A stretch of 32,000 nt of DNA, from the NCBI RefSeq assembly GCF_000014265.1, contig NC_008312.1, forward strand, positions 690,001-722,000, in the 5' to 3' direction. Of this stretch, positions 31,508-32,000 are shown one piece after another. The DNA is from Trichodesmium erythraeum IMS101 (GTDB lineage: Bacteria; Cyanobacteriota; Cyanobacteriia; Cyanobacteriales; Microcoleaceae). The translations under genes and the position numbers were made by a program. The notes under the pieces are model-generated. The model worked only from the letters and a program-made list of their open reading frames with translations. It made no database searches and was not told the DNA's origin. Position 1 is the first letter of the stretch. The number at the start of each line of letters is the position of its first letter.

Positions 31508-32000
31508 ATGTGTGGAATTGTTGGTTATGTTGGTACACAGTTAGCTACAGAAATTTTACTATCAGGATTAGAAAAACTAGAATATCGGGGTTATGATTCT
31601 GCTGGTGTGGCCACTATTTGTAATGGTCAAGTTAAATCTGTTCGTGCTAAAGGTAAGCTATACAACCTACGGGAAAAATTGGCAGGAGTGGAAATGTTAG
31701 CTAATGTTGGCATTGGTCATACTCGTTGGGCAACTCATGGTAAACCGGAAGAATATAATGCTCACCCCCATACGGATGATACGGAGCGAGTCGCAGTAGT
31801 AGAAAATGGAATTGTAGAAAATTATCGGGAGTTACGCAAAGAATTGGAAAGTCAGGGGCATAAGTTTGTTTCTGAGACGGATACGGAAGTTATTCCTCAT
31901 TTAATTGCAGAATTTTTATCTAATTTTGCGGGAAACGAGAAAGGGAGAACGAAGAACAGGGAAAATTTTTTAGAGGCAGTGCGTCAGACTGTGAATAAGT
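31508..32000 (+). CDS. glmS: Glutamine--fructose-6-phosphate aminotransferase, N-terminal 164 codons (continues beyond the window)
   Basis: Absent from the track because no stop falls in the window. ATG 31508 gives MCGIVGYVGTQLATEILLSGLEKLEYRGYDSAGVA...GIGHTRWATHGKP...AHPH, the class II glutamine amidotransferase N-terminus with catalytic Cys2. Confidence 0.9.
   Translation, partial: MCGIVGYVGTQLATEILLSGLEKLEYRGYDSAGVATICNGQVKSVRAKGKLYNLREKLAGVEMLANVGIGHTRWATHGKPEEYNAHPHTDDTERVAVVENGIVENYRELRKELESQGHKFVSETDTEVIPHLIAEFLSNFAGNEKGRTKNRENFLEAVRQTVNK

Overview
AT-rich chromosomal segment from a cyanobacterium, most likely a heterocyst-forming Nostocales lineage. Evidence: psaC, an acpP-fabF-tkt neighbourhood, 14 full HIP1 octamers (GCGATCGC), and STRR-like heptamer repeats. 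I can support 17 intact-looking protein genes: a CocE/NonD hydrolase (partial), cupin, a His-rich COG0523 GTPase, dtd, a DUF1825-like protein, a class A PBP, tyrS, pyrF, a LOG-family protein, an S8 subtilase, an AAA+ ATPase, a small membrane ORF, tkt, fabF, acpP, an HdrB-like CCG protein, psaC and glmS (partial). By my tally only about 57% of the window is coding. The rest is long AT-rich spacer with dispersed repeats, an IS630 copy whose transposase carries one in-frame stop, a gene frameshifted in an A10 run, and at least one gene relic. This looks like an eroding genome, possibly a symbiont, but that is inference. The stand-out locus is a minus-strand pair at 17.5-20.8 kb: a classical AAA+ ATPase followed by a large, apparently cytoplasmic S8 protease. 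It sits between housekeeping genes and is flanked by AT-rich deserts and repeats. The architecture matches the poorly understood IetAS-type ATPase/protease anti-phage module. The protease reading frame also has an unusual 5' end, with an in-frame TAG six codons after the only upstream ATG. I found no rRNA, tRNA or CRISPR array.
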